The notes under the pieces were generated by a model. It did not search any database, was not told the DNA's origin, and was given only the letters and a program-made list of their open reading frames with translations. The position numbers and the translations under genes were made by a program. From Candidatus Binatia bacterium (GTDB lineage Bacteria; Desulfobacterota; Binatia; Bin18), in NCBI GenBank assembly GCA_963664395.2, contig OY761159.2:1888001-1952000 (forward strand): DNA of 64,000 bases, written 5' to 3'. The first letter of the stretch is position 1, and every line of letters starts with the position of its first letter. Shown piece after piece: positions 38,934-49,970 of this stretch.

Positions 38934-39695
38934 ATGGCAGGCGTATTAGCGGGAAAGATTGCGTTGATTACCGGAGCCGGTTCAGGGATCGGGCGCGCCT
39001 CGGCCCTCGCCTTTGCGCGCGAGGGCGCAAGCGTGGTGGCCAGCGATATTATTGTTGACGGGGGTGAGGAGACTGTCCGGCTCGTTCACGCGGCGGGAGG
39101 AGAGGCCCGCTTTCTTCAGGTCGATGTCTCCCAAGCCGCTGAGGTTGAGGGGCTCATCAGCCGGGTCGTCGAAACGTACGGACGCCTTGACTGCGCCTAT
39201 AACAACGCGGGGGTCGAAGGGGAGAACCTGCTGACCGCCGAAACCAGCGAAGAGGGCTGGGACCGCACCATGGCGATTAACCTCAAAGGTGTCTGGCTGT
39301 GCATGAAATATGAGATTCTCCAGATGCTCAAGCAGGGCAGCGGTTCCATTGTGAACACCTCCTCGTCCTATGGCTTAGTGGGTGGCTACCGACTGCCGGC
39401 CTATATCGCCAGTAAGCATGGCGTGGTCGGGATTACGCGCGCGGCGGCGCTGGAATACGCCCAGAGTGGTATCCGCGTGAACTGTGTCTGTCCGGGCGCG
39501 GTTGAGACGCCTATGATCAGTCGGCTGACCAAAGGCCAGGCCGAGATGGCCGACAAGATCGCAGAAATGGAGCCGGTCGGCCGGATGGGCCAGCCAGGAG
39601 AAATCGCGGCAGCAGTTGTCTGGCTCAGCTCAGACGCGGCCTCATTTGTGACCGGCCACGCTATGGCGGCGGACGGCGGCTGGCTGGCCCAATAG
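38934..39695 (+). CDS. Short-chain dehydrogenase/reductase
   Basis: TGAGSGIG, NNAG, YIASK. Confidence 0.93.
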   Translation: MAGVLAGKIALITGAGSGIGRASALAFAREGASVVASDIIVDGGEETVRLVHAAGGEARFLQVDVSQAAEVEGLISRVVETYGRLDCAYNNAGVEGENLLTAETSEEGWDRTMAINLKGVWLCMKYEILQMLKQGSGSIVNTSSSYGLVGGYRLPAYIASKHGVVGITRAAALEYAQSGIRVNCVCPGAVETPMISRLTKGQAEMADKIAEMEPVGRMGQPGEIAAAVVWLSSDAASFVTGHAMAADGGWLAQ

Positions 39696-39744
39696 TCCGT
39701 GCTGGTCTCAGGAAGAGACGGGGAGTCCGTAGACGCTATGGGGA

Positions 39745-39770
39745 GTCGGGTGAGCGGAGCGTAACTCGAC
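39745..39770. repeat. Family B REP-like palindrome
   Basis: GTCGGGTGAGCGGAGCGTAACTCGAC. Confidence 0.55.
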
Positions 39771-39798
39771 ATCCTCTATACTTTGTCAGACCGCATCC

Positions 39799-40062
39799 TC
39801 AACAGATATTGTTCTCGTATAAATCCGCGATAGGAAAGCACAGCCCATAGTCGTCCCACATCAGGTTGCCGTACTTCAGGGTGAAATCCGCAAACTTCTC
39901 CGGGTCGAGGTAGGCACGAATCATGGGGTTGCGTGAGGTGCAGAGAAACGGCTCGAAGTCTATCACTCGTTCGGCCCCATCACTAAAAGACAGCCTTAGC
40001 GTGTAGCCCGACAATCGCTCAACTCGCACTATGTCGATGACTTTATCTTCAGAGAGCTTCAT
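39799..40062 (-). CDS. DUF2442 protein (putative antitoxin)
   Basis: YTLRLSFSDG...IDFEPFL...W...ADLYE; ATGA coupling. Confidence 0.8.
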   Translation of the reverse strand: MKLSEDKVIDIVRVERLSGYTLRLSFSDGAERVIDFEPFLCTSRNPMIRAYLDPEKFADFTLKYGNLMWDDYGLCFPIADLYENNIC

Positions 40063-40364
40063 CTGATCCTCTGAGTAATCGTCTGCGCTACGATCGGCTT
40101 GTGAAGAACGAAATAGTCTACCCATTTCTGCACTATCTCCTCTGCATACCGCTCAATCACGGTCTGGAAGTTCTTCAACTCCGCTTTGCTCAGCGGCCTC
40201 CTCCCCTTCACTGAGGAGTACACTATCTGGACCACCTTGCCGTTCTCTACAATGATCTCAGCTTTACTTTCTCGACCTTGACATTGGCCATGAACATGAA
40301 TCGGCTCATGCTCATTTGAGTAAAACAAGACAATAATTCCAAAATACTCATAGAGTTTGGGCAT
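40059..40364 (-). CDS. DUF4160 protein (putative toxin)
   Basis: MPK...FYSNEHEPIHVH. Confidence 0.85.
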   Translation of the reverse strand: MPKLYEYFGIIVLFYSNEHEPIHVHGQCQGRESKAEIIVENGKVVQIVYSSVKGRRPLSKAELKNFQTVIERYAEEIVQKWVDYFVLHKPIVAQTITQRIR

Positions 40365-40503
40365 CTGCCAAAAATTTTGCCAGCAGGGCGGCTTGGCTGC
40401 AAGGCGCTGTCACGTAGCCCACATTCGCTTTCGCTCCTTCTGGTCTCAACCGTGATGAGACTGGTCGTCTATCAGAACTCGCCCTTTGTCGTGAACACTC
40501 CTC

Positions 40504-40911
40504 TCACCCAAACCGCACCACGGTCTCCGGGCTATGCGCTACGACCGAGACAATTTGCCAGTGTTCGTCTGTTTTGCGCAGGGTGTAGGTAGCTCCCAAG
40601 CGTTCCAGCTCTTCACCGGTTTTGGTGTAGCGCACGGCCAGGCCGCTGAGGAGCGCGATACGATCCGTCAGCTCTTTGATCTGCATGTTCGTGACTTCGC
40701 TGCGCCCGTAATTCCGGCCTTTGAGGTCTTGGATAATCTGCGCGAAGAGCTTTTCAATCTCCGCTTCGCTTGAAAGCAGGGTCACGCCTTGGTCCGCGAT
40801 GAACAGACACGGCGCGTGATAAAAAGGCACCATCGCCTGGGCTTCACCTGTATGAAAAGTGTCGAGATAGCGCGCGTAGAACTGTTTAATTTCCTCTTCT
40901 TGGTTTGTCAT
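40504..40911 (-). CDS. NTF2-like (DUF4440/SnoaL) protein
   Basis: YLDTF...FYHAP...ATYTLRKTDEHWQI. Confidence 0.7.
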   Translation of the reverse strand: MTNQEEEIKQFYARYLDTFHTGEAQAMVPFYHAPCLFIADQGVTLLSSEAEIEKLFAQIIQDLKGRNYGRSEVTNMQIKELTDRIALLSGLAVRYTKTGEELERLGATYTLRKTDEHWQIVSVVAHSPETVVRFG

Positions 40912-40913
40912 TG

Positions 40914-41189
40914 TTAGGCTTCTCCTTTCTGCATGTGTGGACTGGTTAAGTGCTCCAACTGCGTTAAATAGGCAAGCGCGTGGGTGTTGGTGTGGCCACA
41001 CATCTCTGCGCTCGGGCGCAGGTTACGGCATACTGCCGGGCGTTCTGGCCGGCCAAATAACAGACACCGATTGTCCTGACTGAGATGTAGACAGCGCACC
41101 CCAGCCGGTTTGCCATGCGGCATCCCTGGCAGCGGGGATGAAATAGACGGGGCGATGCAACATGCTCCGCAGCCAATGCGACACTCCAT
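40914..41189 (-). CDS. YkgJ/YeiW-family cysteine-cluster protein
   Basis: CRIGCGACCIAPSISS, GKPAGVRC, RPAVC. Confidence 0.88.
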   Translation of the reverse strand: MECRIGCGACCIAPSISSPLPGMPHGKPAGVRCLHLSQDNRCLLFGRPERPAVCRNLRPSAEMCGHTNTHALAYLTQLEHLTSPHMQKGEA

Positions 41190-41264
41190 AGGTATTCCCC
41201 GTCACTTGCTCCTGACGTTGCACCCTTTACCACCTTCACCGAGCCGGATACAAGCCAGAGCAGG

Positions 41265-42140
41265 ATGAAGCCGCCCCCGTTTGCCTATCACGCGCCAGCT
41301 CACCTCGAAGACACCTTCGATCTTCTGGAGCGCTATGGAGACGACGCAAAGGTGTTGGCAGGCGGGCAGAGTCTGATGCCTTTGCTGAATTTCCGGCTGA
41401 GTTATCCGTCCGCGTTAATTGATATTAACCACGTGGTGGACCTGTCGCACCTTCAGCAAAAAGATGGGCAGATCCGCATTGGTGCGTTGACCCGACAGAG
41501 AACGATTGAGTTTTCGGAACTGGTACGTCGCCGGCTTCCGCTGCTGTATGAGGCAACCACGTTGGTCGGGCATCTGCCCATTCGTACACGCGGCACCATA
41601 GGCGGCAGCCTGGCCCATGCTGACCCCGCCGCGGAGTATCCAACTGTCGCCCTGGTTTTAGACGCTGAACTGGTCCTTCAGGGGCCGAGTGGACAGCGAC
41701 GTATCTCGGCTGAAGAATTTTTCGTGAGCTATCTGACAACTGCCCTCGCTCCAAACGAAGTCTTAACTGAAATCTGCTTTTCACCCTTCCCGCTGACAAG
41801 CGGCTGGGCGTTTGAAGAGTTTTCCCGGCGGCATGGAGATTTTGCCGTTGTTGGCGTGGCAGGAGTGATTGATACGGATGGCGAGCAGTGTCGGACCGCG
41901 CGTCTGGCCGCCGCTGGAGTCGGGCCAACCCCAATCCGCCTGCGTGCCGCAGAGGACATTCTGGTACAGGAGGGCGTCACTGAACAGAGCATTCAGCGGG
42001 CGGCAGCCAAAGCAGCCGAACTCGTCGAACCGGATAGCGATATCCACGCCTCAGCCGATTTTCGGCGGCACTTAACCCAGGTGCTGGCCCGGCGGGCGAT
42101 TCAGCGGGCACTTGAGCGCGGCCAGGAGCGTAGGGCATGA
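41265..42140 (+). CDS. Molybdenum hydroxylase FAD-binding medium subunit (CoxM/CutM-like)
   Basis: MKPPPFAYHAP, LAGGQSL, IRTRGTIGGS.AHADP. Confidence 0.92.
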   Translation: MKPPPFAYHAPAHLEDTFDLLERYGDDAKVLAGGQSLMPLLNFRLSYPSALIDINHVVDLSHLQQKDGQIRIGALTRQRTIEFSELVRRRLPLLYEATTLVGHLPIRTRGTIGGSLAHADPAAEYPTVALVLDAELVLQGPSGQRRISAEEFFVSYLTTALAPNEVLTEICFSPFPLTSGWAFEEFSRRHGDFAVVGVAGVIDTDGEQCRTARLAAAGVGPTPIRLRAAEDILVQEGVTEQSIQRAAAKAAELVEPDSDIHASADFRRHLTQVLARRAIQRALERGQERRA

Positions 42141-44139
42141 GCGAGCCGAACGAGCACAGCCAAGCCAGACCGATCACCCGCTGCCGACCGTGGCCAACGC
42201 GCAGGACGCAGCCCAGCCCGACGCGCCCGTGCTGCATGATGAGGCCGGGAGTAATGTCCTCTTGTCGCGCGAATTTGCCCGAGGCGATGTTGATACGGCG
42301 CTGGCAGGCGCGGCGGTGCGAGTGCGTGATCGTTTCCGTTTTCGGCGTCATGCCGCAGTGTGCATGGAAAATCGTGGCTGTCTGGCTGACTATCATGCCG
42401 GTACGAGTGAGCTCACGCTGCGCTCCGCCACCCAATGTCCGGGCTTGCTCCGCGACGCCTTGGCTGACCTGTTGGATATGCCCGAGCATTGCATTCGCGT
42501 GGTCGCCGCTGACGTGGGGGGCGGGTTTGGGGCAAAGTCTTCACTCTATCCTGAAGAGATTACCCTGTGCGCAGTCGCCCGACTGCTGGAACGGCCAGTG
42601 AAATGGATTAGCGACCGGCAAGAAGACCTCATGACTTCGACGCAGGCCTGGGATGAAATCGTGGATGCCGAATTGGGCCTCCAGGCCGACGGCAGCATTA
42701 TCGGTCTCAGAGCAGACGTTATAACGGATATTGGCGCGTACTCAATTTATCCCTGGACGGCCACGGTTGAGCCGATCCAGACCATCAGCTTTCTGTCCGG
42801 CCCGTACCGGATGCCACACTACCGGGGACGCAATCGCGGGGTGGCCACGTGTAAGGCACCGATGGGACCGTATCGTGGGGTGGGGCGTCCGATTACCACC
42901 TTTGTGCTGGAAAGTTTGATGGACCGGGCAGCGCGCCGGCTGGCTCTGGACCCAGCCGAACTGCGGCTCAAGAACTATATCCGGGCCGACGAATTTCCAT
43001 ACAAAACACCGTCCGGCATTGTGTGGGATCAGGCCAGCCTGACCGAGTGCATGCAAAAGGCGCGGGACGTGCTGGATGCTGACACGACCACACGCTGGCG
43101 CACGCAGGCCCGCGCCGCGGGGCGCTGGGTCGGTATTGGCTTTGCCACCTATATTGAACTGACCGGGGTTGGGTCGGCTATTCCAGTCTCGCCGGGTATG
43201 CCGATTGCGACCGGGACGGAGGCCGCATTCCTTCGCGTCGATCCTGCCGGGACCGTCACTGCAACATTCAGCGTTGCCCCTCAAGGCCAGGGCCATGAGA
43301 CGACGCTGGCTCAGGTTGTGGCGGATGCGCTGGGCGTTTCCTTCGACAGCGTTCGGGTGATATGCGGCGACACCGCACTCGCACCCCACGGGACGGGAAC
43401 GTACGCCAGCCGAAGCGCCGTGTTGGCAGGTGGCGCGGCCATACGGGCAGGGCAGACGCTCAAAGAAAAGGCGCTGAAGATTGCCGGCCACATGCTGGAG
43501 TGCAATCCGGCTGATCTGGACATCCAGGACGGCCAGGTTTTCATCCGCGACAAGCCGGAACGCCGTCTGCCCTTCCGTGATGTCGCGAAGACGGCCTATG
43601 CCGGTCTGCGGCGGCTGCCCAAAGACATGGAACCGGGGCTGGAGGTCACCCGCTTCTACGATCCGTTCTTTGGGACGGCTTCAAGCGCCACCCACGTTGC
43701 GGTCGTGGAGGTCGATACCGAGACGTATGCCGTCACAATCAAGCGCTATATTGTGGTGGAGGATTGCGGCCGGATCATTAATCCGCTGATCGTTGAGGGC
43801 CAGGTGCGCGGCGGCGTGGCCCAGGGCATTGGGGCCGCGTTGTACGAAGAAGTGGTGTACGACGACGCAGGTCAACTGCTGACCGGCTCGCTGGTGGACT
43901 ACCTCGTCCCAACCGCCTCCGAACTCCTGCCCATAGAAGTCCATCACATCGAGACGCCCTCCCCCACCACGCTGGGCGGATTTCGCGGCATGGGAGAGGG
44001 CGGCACCATCGGCGCTCCGGCCGCGATTGCCAATGCGGTCTCCGACGCCCTGTCTCACTTGGGCATAGAGATCAATGAGATTCCGATTACCCCGGAGAAA
44101 TTGTTTCGGCTGGTGCGGGCGGCGGCCGACGAGCGTTAG
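42137..44139 (+). pseudogene. CoxL-like molybdopterin subunit lacking its N-terminus; CoxS apparently deleted
   Basis: GGGFG, PYRGVGR, QGHET, RGMGEGG present; the coupled ATG at 42137 is out of frame with the large-subunit frame; no 2Fe-2S subunit gene. Confidence 0.75.
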
Positions 44140-44161
44140 TCTTCTTCCAAAGACTTTAGCA

Positions 44162-44920
44162 TTACGTCCTCGTATACGAAGCGCCATTCACATCGACAAT
44201 GGTCCCGGTTGCAAAATTTGCTTCGCCTGACGCGAGAAAGGCGACCATGGCGGCCACCTCTTCAGGCTTGCCCACTCGGCCAAGTGGGCTCTGCTGACGG
44301 ATGGCTTCACCGCGAGGACTGGCAAGAATGGAGGCGGACATATCGGTTTCCACAAAGCCGGGCGCGACCACATACACAAAGATGTTATGCGGAGCGAAGG
44401 CCTGGGCCAGCGATTGGCTCATGGCATTGAGGGCAGCCTTACTCGCCGCGTAGGCCGGCGCTTTGGGCGTTCCCCGAAAAGCGCCCCGGGAGGAGATGTT
44501 CACTATTTGCCCGCCACCGTGCTCTACCATATGCCGGGCGGCCCAGAACATGACATTGGCCGGGCCGACCAGATTGGTATTGAGCGAGCGCTGCCACACG
44601 TCGTTCCATACATCATAGTCAACGCGGAGCGGCGGCTGCCACTCGTTGATGGCGGCGTTGTTCACAACAATCCGGAGGCCGCCCATCCGGCTGATTACCG
44701 CTGACATCAGCGCTTCTACGGCTTTTGCGTCGGCAAGGTCGGCTTGAAAGATATGATGAGCGCCGTCAGGTAAGGTCGCCAGGGTGTGCTCGGCGGCTGC
44801 CTGGTTTTGGTTGTAATGGATGGCGATACGCGCCCCCTCTTGGGCCAGTTTGAGCGCAACGGCTCGACCGATACCCCGTGACGCGCCCGTCACGAGTGCT
44901 ACTTGCTCCGATATCGCCAT
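44162..44920 (-). CDS. Short-chain dehydrogenase/reductase
   Basis: TGASRGIG, NNAA, YAASK. Confidence 0.92.
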   Translation of the reverse strand: MAISEQVALVTGASRGIGRAVALKLAQEGARIAIHYNQNQAAAEHTLATLPDGAHHIFQADLADAKAVEALMSAVISRMGGLRIVVNNAAINEWQPPLRVDYDVWNDVWQRSLNTNLVGPANVMFWAARHMVEHGGGQIVNISSRGAFRGTPKAPAYAASKAALNAMSQSLAQAFAPHNIFVYVVAPGFVETDMSASILASPRGEAIRQQSPLGRVGKPEEVAAMVAFLASGEANFATGTIVDVNGASYTRT

Positions 44921-44939
44921 ACGCCTCTCTCCTTGTGTG

Positions 44940-46013
44940 CTATGCGGCTTGTGTCTCACGCTCAGCCACAAGCGCCCGGATTCTCGGGATGAGCTCTTGG
45001 CCAAATTCCGTTACGTCATTAAACGGGTCAAATCCACGGATGAGCACACCGCGCATGCCCAAGTCGTAATAGGCGGCGATGGATTCTGCGACTTGCTCAG
45101 GAGTCCCGACCAAGGCCGTGGTATTACCGCTTGCCCCGGAGATCTTCACAAGGCCCATCCACAGGCGTTCATCATAGACCTCTTGCTCGTCAGCCAACTG
45201 GGTCAGGCGACGGCTAAACTCGGCTTCGACCTTGAGAGGTAATCGAGGGCGAGACTCTTCTAAACGAGCCAGGATGCCACGCGCTTTGTCCCACGCTGCT
45301 CCCTCAGTCGGCGCGATAATCGGTCGGAGAGACACATTAAAACGGGGCTGGCGGTTATACCGTGCCGCTGCTGCGGAGATACGGTCTAGCATGGCTTTCA
45401 CCGAGGCGCGTGGCTCGCCAAAGAGGGCATACACATCAGCATGCCTGGCTCCAACCTGAATCGCAGCATCAGAGGCCCCACCAAAATAGATGGGTACATG
45501 GGGCTGCTGGGCGGAGCGGACTTCAGAGAAAGCTTTCTTGACTGAGTAATAGCGTCCCTCAAAGTTGAATGGCTTGTCAGCCGTCCACATCCGGCGCAGG
45601 ATCTCCAGATATTCTTCTGTCCGTACATAGCGCTCATCATGACTGAGCCAGTCACCGTCACGTTGTTGCTCAGCATCGGCCGTACCCGAAATGATGTGGA
45701 GCCACAGCCGTCCGCCGGTCAGCGTATCGCACGTGGCAGCCGTCCGCGCGGCGAGGGTCGGCATGACAAAGCCAGGACGGTGGGCGACGAGGAAGTTGAG
45801 CTGTTCGGTGTAGGCGGCAGCGTATTGTGCAACCTGAAAGCCTTCGGCAGAGGAAGACGTGTAGCCGACTAATACGGAGTCAAAACCGGCGCGCTCATGC
45901 GCCTGGGCAAAACGGCGGAGGTATTCTCGATCAATACCACCCCCAATGACGTGCACCGTGGCTCCACCACCCGGTGGGGCCACGCCGATCATACCAAGAA
46001 TATTCATGGGCAT
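44940..46013 (-). CDS. LLM monooxygenase (SsuD-like alkanesulfonate monooxygenase family)
   Basis: LVAHRPGF, HDERY.RT.EY, YFGGAS, GN.TALVGTPEQV. Confidence 0.88.
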   Translation of the reverse strand: MPMNILGMIGVAPPGGGATVHVIGGGIDREYLRRFAQAHERAGFDSVLVGYTSSSAEGFQVAQYAAAYTEQLNFLVAHRPGFVMPTLAARTAATCDTLTGGRLWLHIISGTADAEQQRDGDWLSHDERYVRTEEYLEILRRMWTADKPFNFEGRYYSVKKAFSEVRSAQQPHVPIYFGGASDAAIQVGARHADVYALFGEPRASVKAMLDRISAAAARYNRQPRFNVSLRPIIAPTEGAAWDKARGILARLEESRPRLPLKVEAEFSRRLTQLADEQEVYDERLWMGLVKISGASGNTTALVGTPEQVAESIAAYYDLGMRGVLIRGFDPFNDVTEFGQELIPRIRALVAERETQAA

Positions 46014-46112
46014 ACGACACCCCTTACTTCGTCTATGCTTTCTTTGATAGTTCTCTTCCGGGTGCTGGAGGGCGCTAAGGCCACAAACCGCCAATGGCGC
46101 TGTCCTATTGTG

Positions 46113-46958
46113 TTAATCCCGCTCAGCAACCCAACGGACCATAGCCCGAAATTTTTCCGCTCCGTCCTTGAGTGTGACTGCAACATCGGTGAGGTCGTCG
46201 TAGTAGCTTGTCTCAGAGTTTTCTTCTAATGCCAGGCCGGCCCGGTAGCTGTCGAGCGCCCCGCGTTCGAGCAGGTTCTTATAACGTTTCACCATTACCG
46301 GGTGGTTCTGCGACATGAGCCGGGCGATGTTCAGACTCTCACGATCAAGTTCTTCGTTGGTTGCGAATATACGTTGTACCAGCCCCCAGTTGAAGGCGAG
46401 TTGGGCGTCGATCGGATACGCTGCCATTGTTGCCAGCTTAGCGTTGTTCATACCACACACCTGGGCAAGCCGCTGTGAAATGCGCCGTCCAGGGTGTACG
46501 CCGTATTTGGCGTGATTGTCCATAAAAACCGCCCGCTCTGAGGCAAGAAGCACGTCGCAACACAGCGCGATTTCAAAACCACCCGTCACCGTTGGACCAT
46601 TGACCGCACCAATGATCGGAAAGGGACACTCCCACATTGCCCGAAACGGATCGCCGGCAGGCGTGATGCCCCCTTTCAGATACTCATCGAGCTTTCCGAT
46701 ATCGAGCCCAACGGTGAACGCACGGCCCTCGGCGCGTAATATTACGGCTCGGACTCTGTCGTTATTCGGGTCAGGATTGCGCAGGGCAGTAATGCCGTCG
46801 AAGGCTGCTGCGATAGCCCGCATAAAGCCACTGCTGAGTACGTTGAACTCCTGCGGATTATTCATTGTGACGACAAAGAGTCCCTCGCCTCCATTCACTT
46901 CGTCTACGAGGACGCTCTCGTTGTCGCCGTAGCTGGCAATGCGTGTTCGATCGGTCAT
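46113..46958 (-). CDS. Enoyl-CoA hydratase/isomerase family protein
   Basis: AFTVGLD, GAVNGPTVTGGFE; strong AGGAGGTG RBS before ATG 46958 (ORF open to 47129). Confidence 0.82.
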   Translation of the reverse strand: MTDRTRIASYGDNESVLVDEVNGGEGLFVVTMNNPQEFNVLSSGFMRAIAAAFDGITALRNPDPNNDRVRAVILRAEGRAFTVGLDIGKLDEYLKGGITPAGDPFRAMWECPFPIIGAVNGPTVTGGFEIALCCDVLLASERAVFMDNHAKYGVHPGRRISQRLAQVCGMNNAKLATMAAYPIDAQLAFNWGLVQRIFATNEELDRESLNIARLMSQNHPVMVKRYKNLLERGALDSYRAGLALEENSETSYYDDLTDVAVTLKDGAEKFRAMVRWVAERD

Positions 46959-47128
46959 TTCATCACCTCCTGCTTCCTGCAGATAATCGGCCCAAAGTTT
47001 TGGTCCCAGCGTGGAAATCTGAGTTGTAGAGGGAATCGGAGAGACGGAAAAGCCCGGATATCCATCAACGGCAGGGACATGGGCCGTGGCATACGGGTTA
47101 GACACATCAGGGGAGGCAGGGTATTGCA

Positions 47129-47163
47129 TTAGGGATTAGGGGTTGGGGGTTAGGGGTTGGGGA
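47129..47163 (+). repeat. Five G-rich heptamers (TTRGGGR), potential G-quadruplex
   Basis: TTAGGGA TTAGGGG TTGGGGG TTAGGGG TTGGGGA. Confidence 0.8.
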
Positions 47164-47210
47164 CTCATGGCCCTTGCTAAGTCTACTCTGCAATCAGTAA
47201 GCATGGAGAT

Positions 47211-49967
47211 GTGAACGGCGTGCCTGGATTCCTGCTCATCAGCCTGATTCTCCTGCCGTTACTCGGCTCGCTGGTGGCCTGGCCGGAGCGGTGGCGCCAG
47301 CGTCTGGCGCCGGCCTATAGCCTCGTTCCGATTCTTCAACTGCTGATCGTCATCTCATTCTGGACAACGGTCCAGGCCGGAGAGGGGATTCAGTGCTCCT
47401 GGCCGTGGGCGCCGAGCCTGGGGCTGTATCTGAGTTTTTCCCTGGACGGACTGAGCTGGCTCTTCACCGGTCTGATCTCGGGTGTGGGTGTGCTCGTTTT
47501 CGTCTATGCCACGTTCTACATGTCCGACGACCCCACTCTGTCCCGCTTATACCGTTTGCTGCTCTTGTTTAACGCCGCCATGATGGGCGTTGTTCTCGCC
47601 GACAATCTGGTCTTGTTGCTGGTATTCTGGGAATTGACGAGCGTCTCGTCTTTTCTGCTCATCGGTTTCCGCTCACACCGGGCCGCGGCGTGTGAAGGCG
47701 CGAGTAAGGCGTTTGGTCTGACTGCGATTGGCGGCCTGGTCATGCTGTTCGGCATTTTGTCGGTGTATGCCGAGCACGGGACCTTCGAGCTATCGGTCCT
47801 TCTTTCAAATTCCGCCTCCATATCTACGACAGCAGGGCTGTGCTTCTTAGTTGGTGCTTTCGCCAAGTCGGCCCAGTTTCCGTTCCATATCTGGTTACCG
47901 TCGGCCATGGAGGCACCGACCCCGGTGAGTGCCTACCTGCATGCCGCCACGATGGTCAAAGCCGGGCTGTATCTGATCGCTCGGCTGACGCCGTTGTTTG
48001 TCGACGATCCAACCTGGTCTGCCACGGTTACCAGTGTCGGTACAGTCACCCTGGTGTGGGGAGGCGTGTTAGCCTGCAAGCAGGTCGATCTCAAAGCCCT
48101 GCTTGCCAACTCAACCGTGAGCCAGTTGGGTTTGATCGTTCTCCTCCTCGGCCTGCAAACCGAGACGGCCCTCTTTGCGGCCGTACTGCATATTCTCAAC
48201 CACGCGGCGTTTAAGGGCGCGTTGTTTTTAACGGCCGGGACGGTCGAGCATGAAACGGGGACACGCGACCTCCGTCAGCTTGGCGGCCTGCGTGCCCTCA
48301 TACCGACCTTAACGGTGGCGGCGACATTAGCGTCACTGTCTATGGCCGGCCTGCCGCCTTTGGGCGGTTTTATCAGTAAAGAATTATTCTATGAGGGCGT
48401 CCTCGAAGTTGGCCCGCTCCTCACCATACTGGCCGTCACAGCCAGTTGTCTGACTTTTTTGTATTCTTTTATTTTCTTTCATGGGACGTTTTTCGCCCCG
48501 GCCTTACATCCACACCGGCAGCAGTCTCACGCGGAGCACCCCTCAGCGGTTGGTCTGTTCGTGCCCATTGTCATCCTGAGTGGCTTGGCCGTGATATTCG
48601 GGCTGGTCCCCAGTCTGGCTGAAGCACTGGTTACCCCAGCTTTTACCGTTATTCACGGTGCTCCACCCCAGTTTCATCTTGCCCTATGGCATGGCCCGAC
48701 TCCGGCCCTGGGGTTGAGCATCATTACTATTGCCATTGGTGGCAGCGCCTTTTTGCTGCGGCAGCGTTTTCTTCAGGCCGTACGCGAGCGCCAGGCCGCG
48801 TATTCGTTCAACCGGCTGTACGCAGACAGTCTCGACGGCTTCACCCGACTCTTCAAATGGACGCGGGCGCTGTACATGACCGGCTCGGTGACCGACTATG
48901 TCCGCTATCTCTTAGTCGCCCTCATTGTAGGGCTGAGTATTCCCTTATGGCATTTCTTTGAGGTGACGCCGCTCCGGGTGGACCTGGGTGGCCTGGTTCT
49001 CCCGGAATACTATGAGCTGGGGCTGGCCGGGCTGATGGTGGTCGCTGGGGTCATGTGCTGCCGGGCCCACTCGCGTATTGTCCTCGTGCTGACGCTCAGT
49101 CTGGTCGGCGCGCTTATGTCGATTTTCTTCATACTCTTCAGCGCGCCGGACCTGGCCTTAACCCAGGTCCTGGTAGAAGCGGTCGGCCTCGTCCTGTTTC
49201 TCCTGGTCCTGCGTTACTTCTCGATCATGGTCGTTGCCCCTCAGCCACACCTAGCATATGCGCGTGGGCTCAATATCGGGATTAGCGTGGGTACGGGTCT
49301 CCTGGTCAGCGGGCTGCTTTTTGCTGCGACTGTCGGCCCCTCGCTCCCCTCCTCTATTCCGTCCTACTATCTGTCGAACAGTTATCTCCTGGCCGGTGGA
49401 CAAAACGTGGTCAACGTTATCCTGGTTGATTTTCGTGGCTTTGATACTATGGGGGAGATTACGGTATTCAGCGTTGCCGTCTTTGGTGTCCTTGCCCTGG
49501 TTGAGCTGGGCGTCCGTGGGCAGCAGCCCTTGGGAACCATTTTTATTGTTTCCTTCCCCTCGCCTATTCTGCAGTCGTTTGCCCGGCTCACCCTCCATCT
49601 CATGCTGGTCTTTGCCATCTATTTGTTGCTGCGCGGCCACAATGCGCCGGGTGGCGGGTTTATCGCCGGCGTGCTCACCGCAGTGGCGATGACGTTTCAG
49701 ATGATGGCTTTTCATGTGGAATCCTTCTCACAGGAAATGCCCTGGAATCCGCTCCGCATGGTCGTGGGCGGACTCCTGCTGGCTGCTGGTACCGGCCTTG
49801 GGTCTTTACTCGTTGGCCATCCATTTCTGACCAGTGCGATTGGCCATTACACCTTTCCGCTGCTCGGTGAGGTTGAACTTGTCACAGCCATGGGTTTTGA
49901 CATTGGTGTATACTTGGTCGTGGTCGGGACCTCGCTTGGCATTATTCGCACCATTGCTGAGGATTAA
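47211..49967 (+). CDS. mrpA: Na+/H+ antiporter subunit MrpA fused to MrpB
   Basis: [49 protein letters not shown]. Confidence 0.95.
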   Translation: MNGVPGFLLISLILLPLLGSLVAWPERWRQRLAPAYSLVPILQLLIVISFWTTVQAGEGIQCSWPWAPSLGLYLSFSLDGLSWLFTGLISGVGVLVFVYATFYMSDDPTLSRLYRLLLLFNAAMMGVVLADNLVLLLVFWELTSVSSFLLIGFRSHRAAACEGASKAFGLTAIGGLVMLFGILSVYAEHGTFELSVLLSNSASISTTAGLCFLVGAFAKSAQFPFHIWLPSAMEAPTPVSAYLHAATMVKAGLYLIARLTPLFVDDPTWSATVTSVGTVTLVWGGVLACKQVDLKALLANSTVSQLGLIVLLLGLQTETALFAAVLHILNHAAFKGALFLTAGTVEHETGTRDLRQLGGLRALIPTLTVAATLASLSMAGLPPLGGFISKELFYEGVLEVGPLLTILAVTASCLTFLYSFIFFHGTFFAPALHPHRQQSHAEHPSAVGLFVPIVILSGLAVIFGLVPSLAEALVTPAFTVIHGAPPQFHLALWHGPTPALGLSIITIAIGGSAFLLRQRFLQAVRERQAAYSFNRLYADSLDGFTRLFKWTRALYMTGSVTDYVRYLLVALIVGLSIPLWHFFEVTPLRVDLGGLVLPEYYELGLAGLMVVAGVMCCRAHSRIVLVLTLSLVGALMSIFFILFSAPDLALTQVLVEAVGLVLFLLVLRYFSIMVVAPQPHLAYARGLNIGISVGTGLLVSGLLFAATVGPSLPSSIPSYYLSNSYLLAGGQNVVNVILVDFRGFDTMGEITVFSVAVFGVLALVELGVRGQQPLGTIFIVSFPSPILQSFARLTLHLMLVFAIYLLLRGHNAPGGGFIAGVLTAVAMTFQMMAFHVESFSQEMPWNPLRMVVGGLLLAAGTGLGSLLVGHPFLTSAIGHYTFPLLGEVELVTAMGFDIGVYLVVVGTSLGIIRTIAED

Positions 49968-49970
49968 CGC

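Noticed and set aside
40385-40402. Possible third displaced 3' end (GGCGGCTTGGCTG vs SDR end)
   Set aside because: Only ~12 bp and GC-rich; compatible with chance
42112-44139. Aerobic CO dehydrogenase
   Set aside because: Lacks the AYxCSFR motif and the operon is broken
46959-47129. 57-aa N-terminal extension of the enoyl-CoA hydratase
   Set aside because: Stronger RBS at 46958; the upstream ATG abuts a simple repeat
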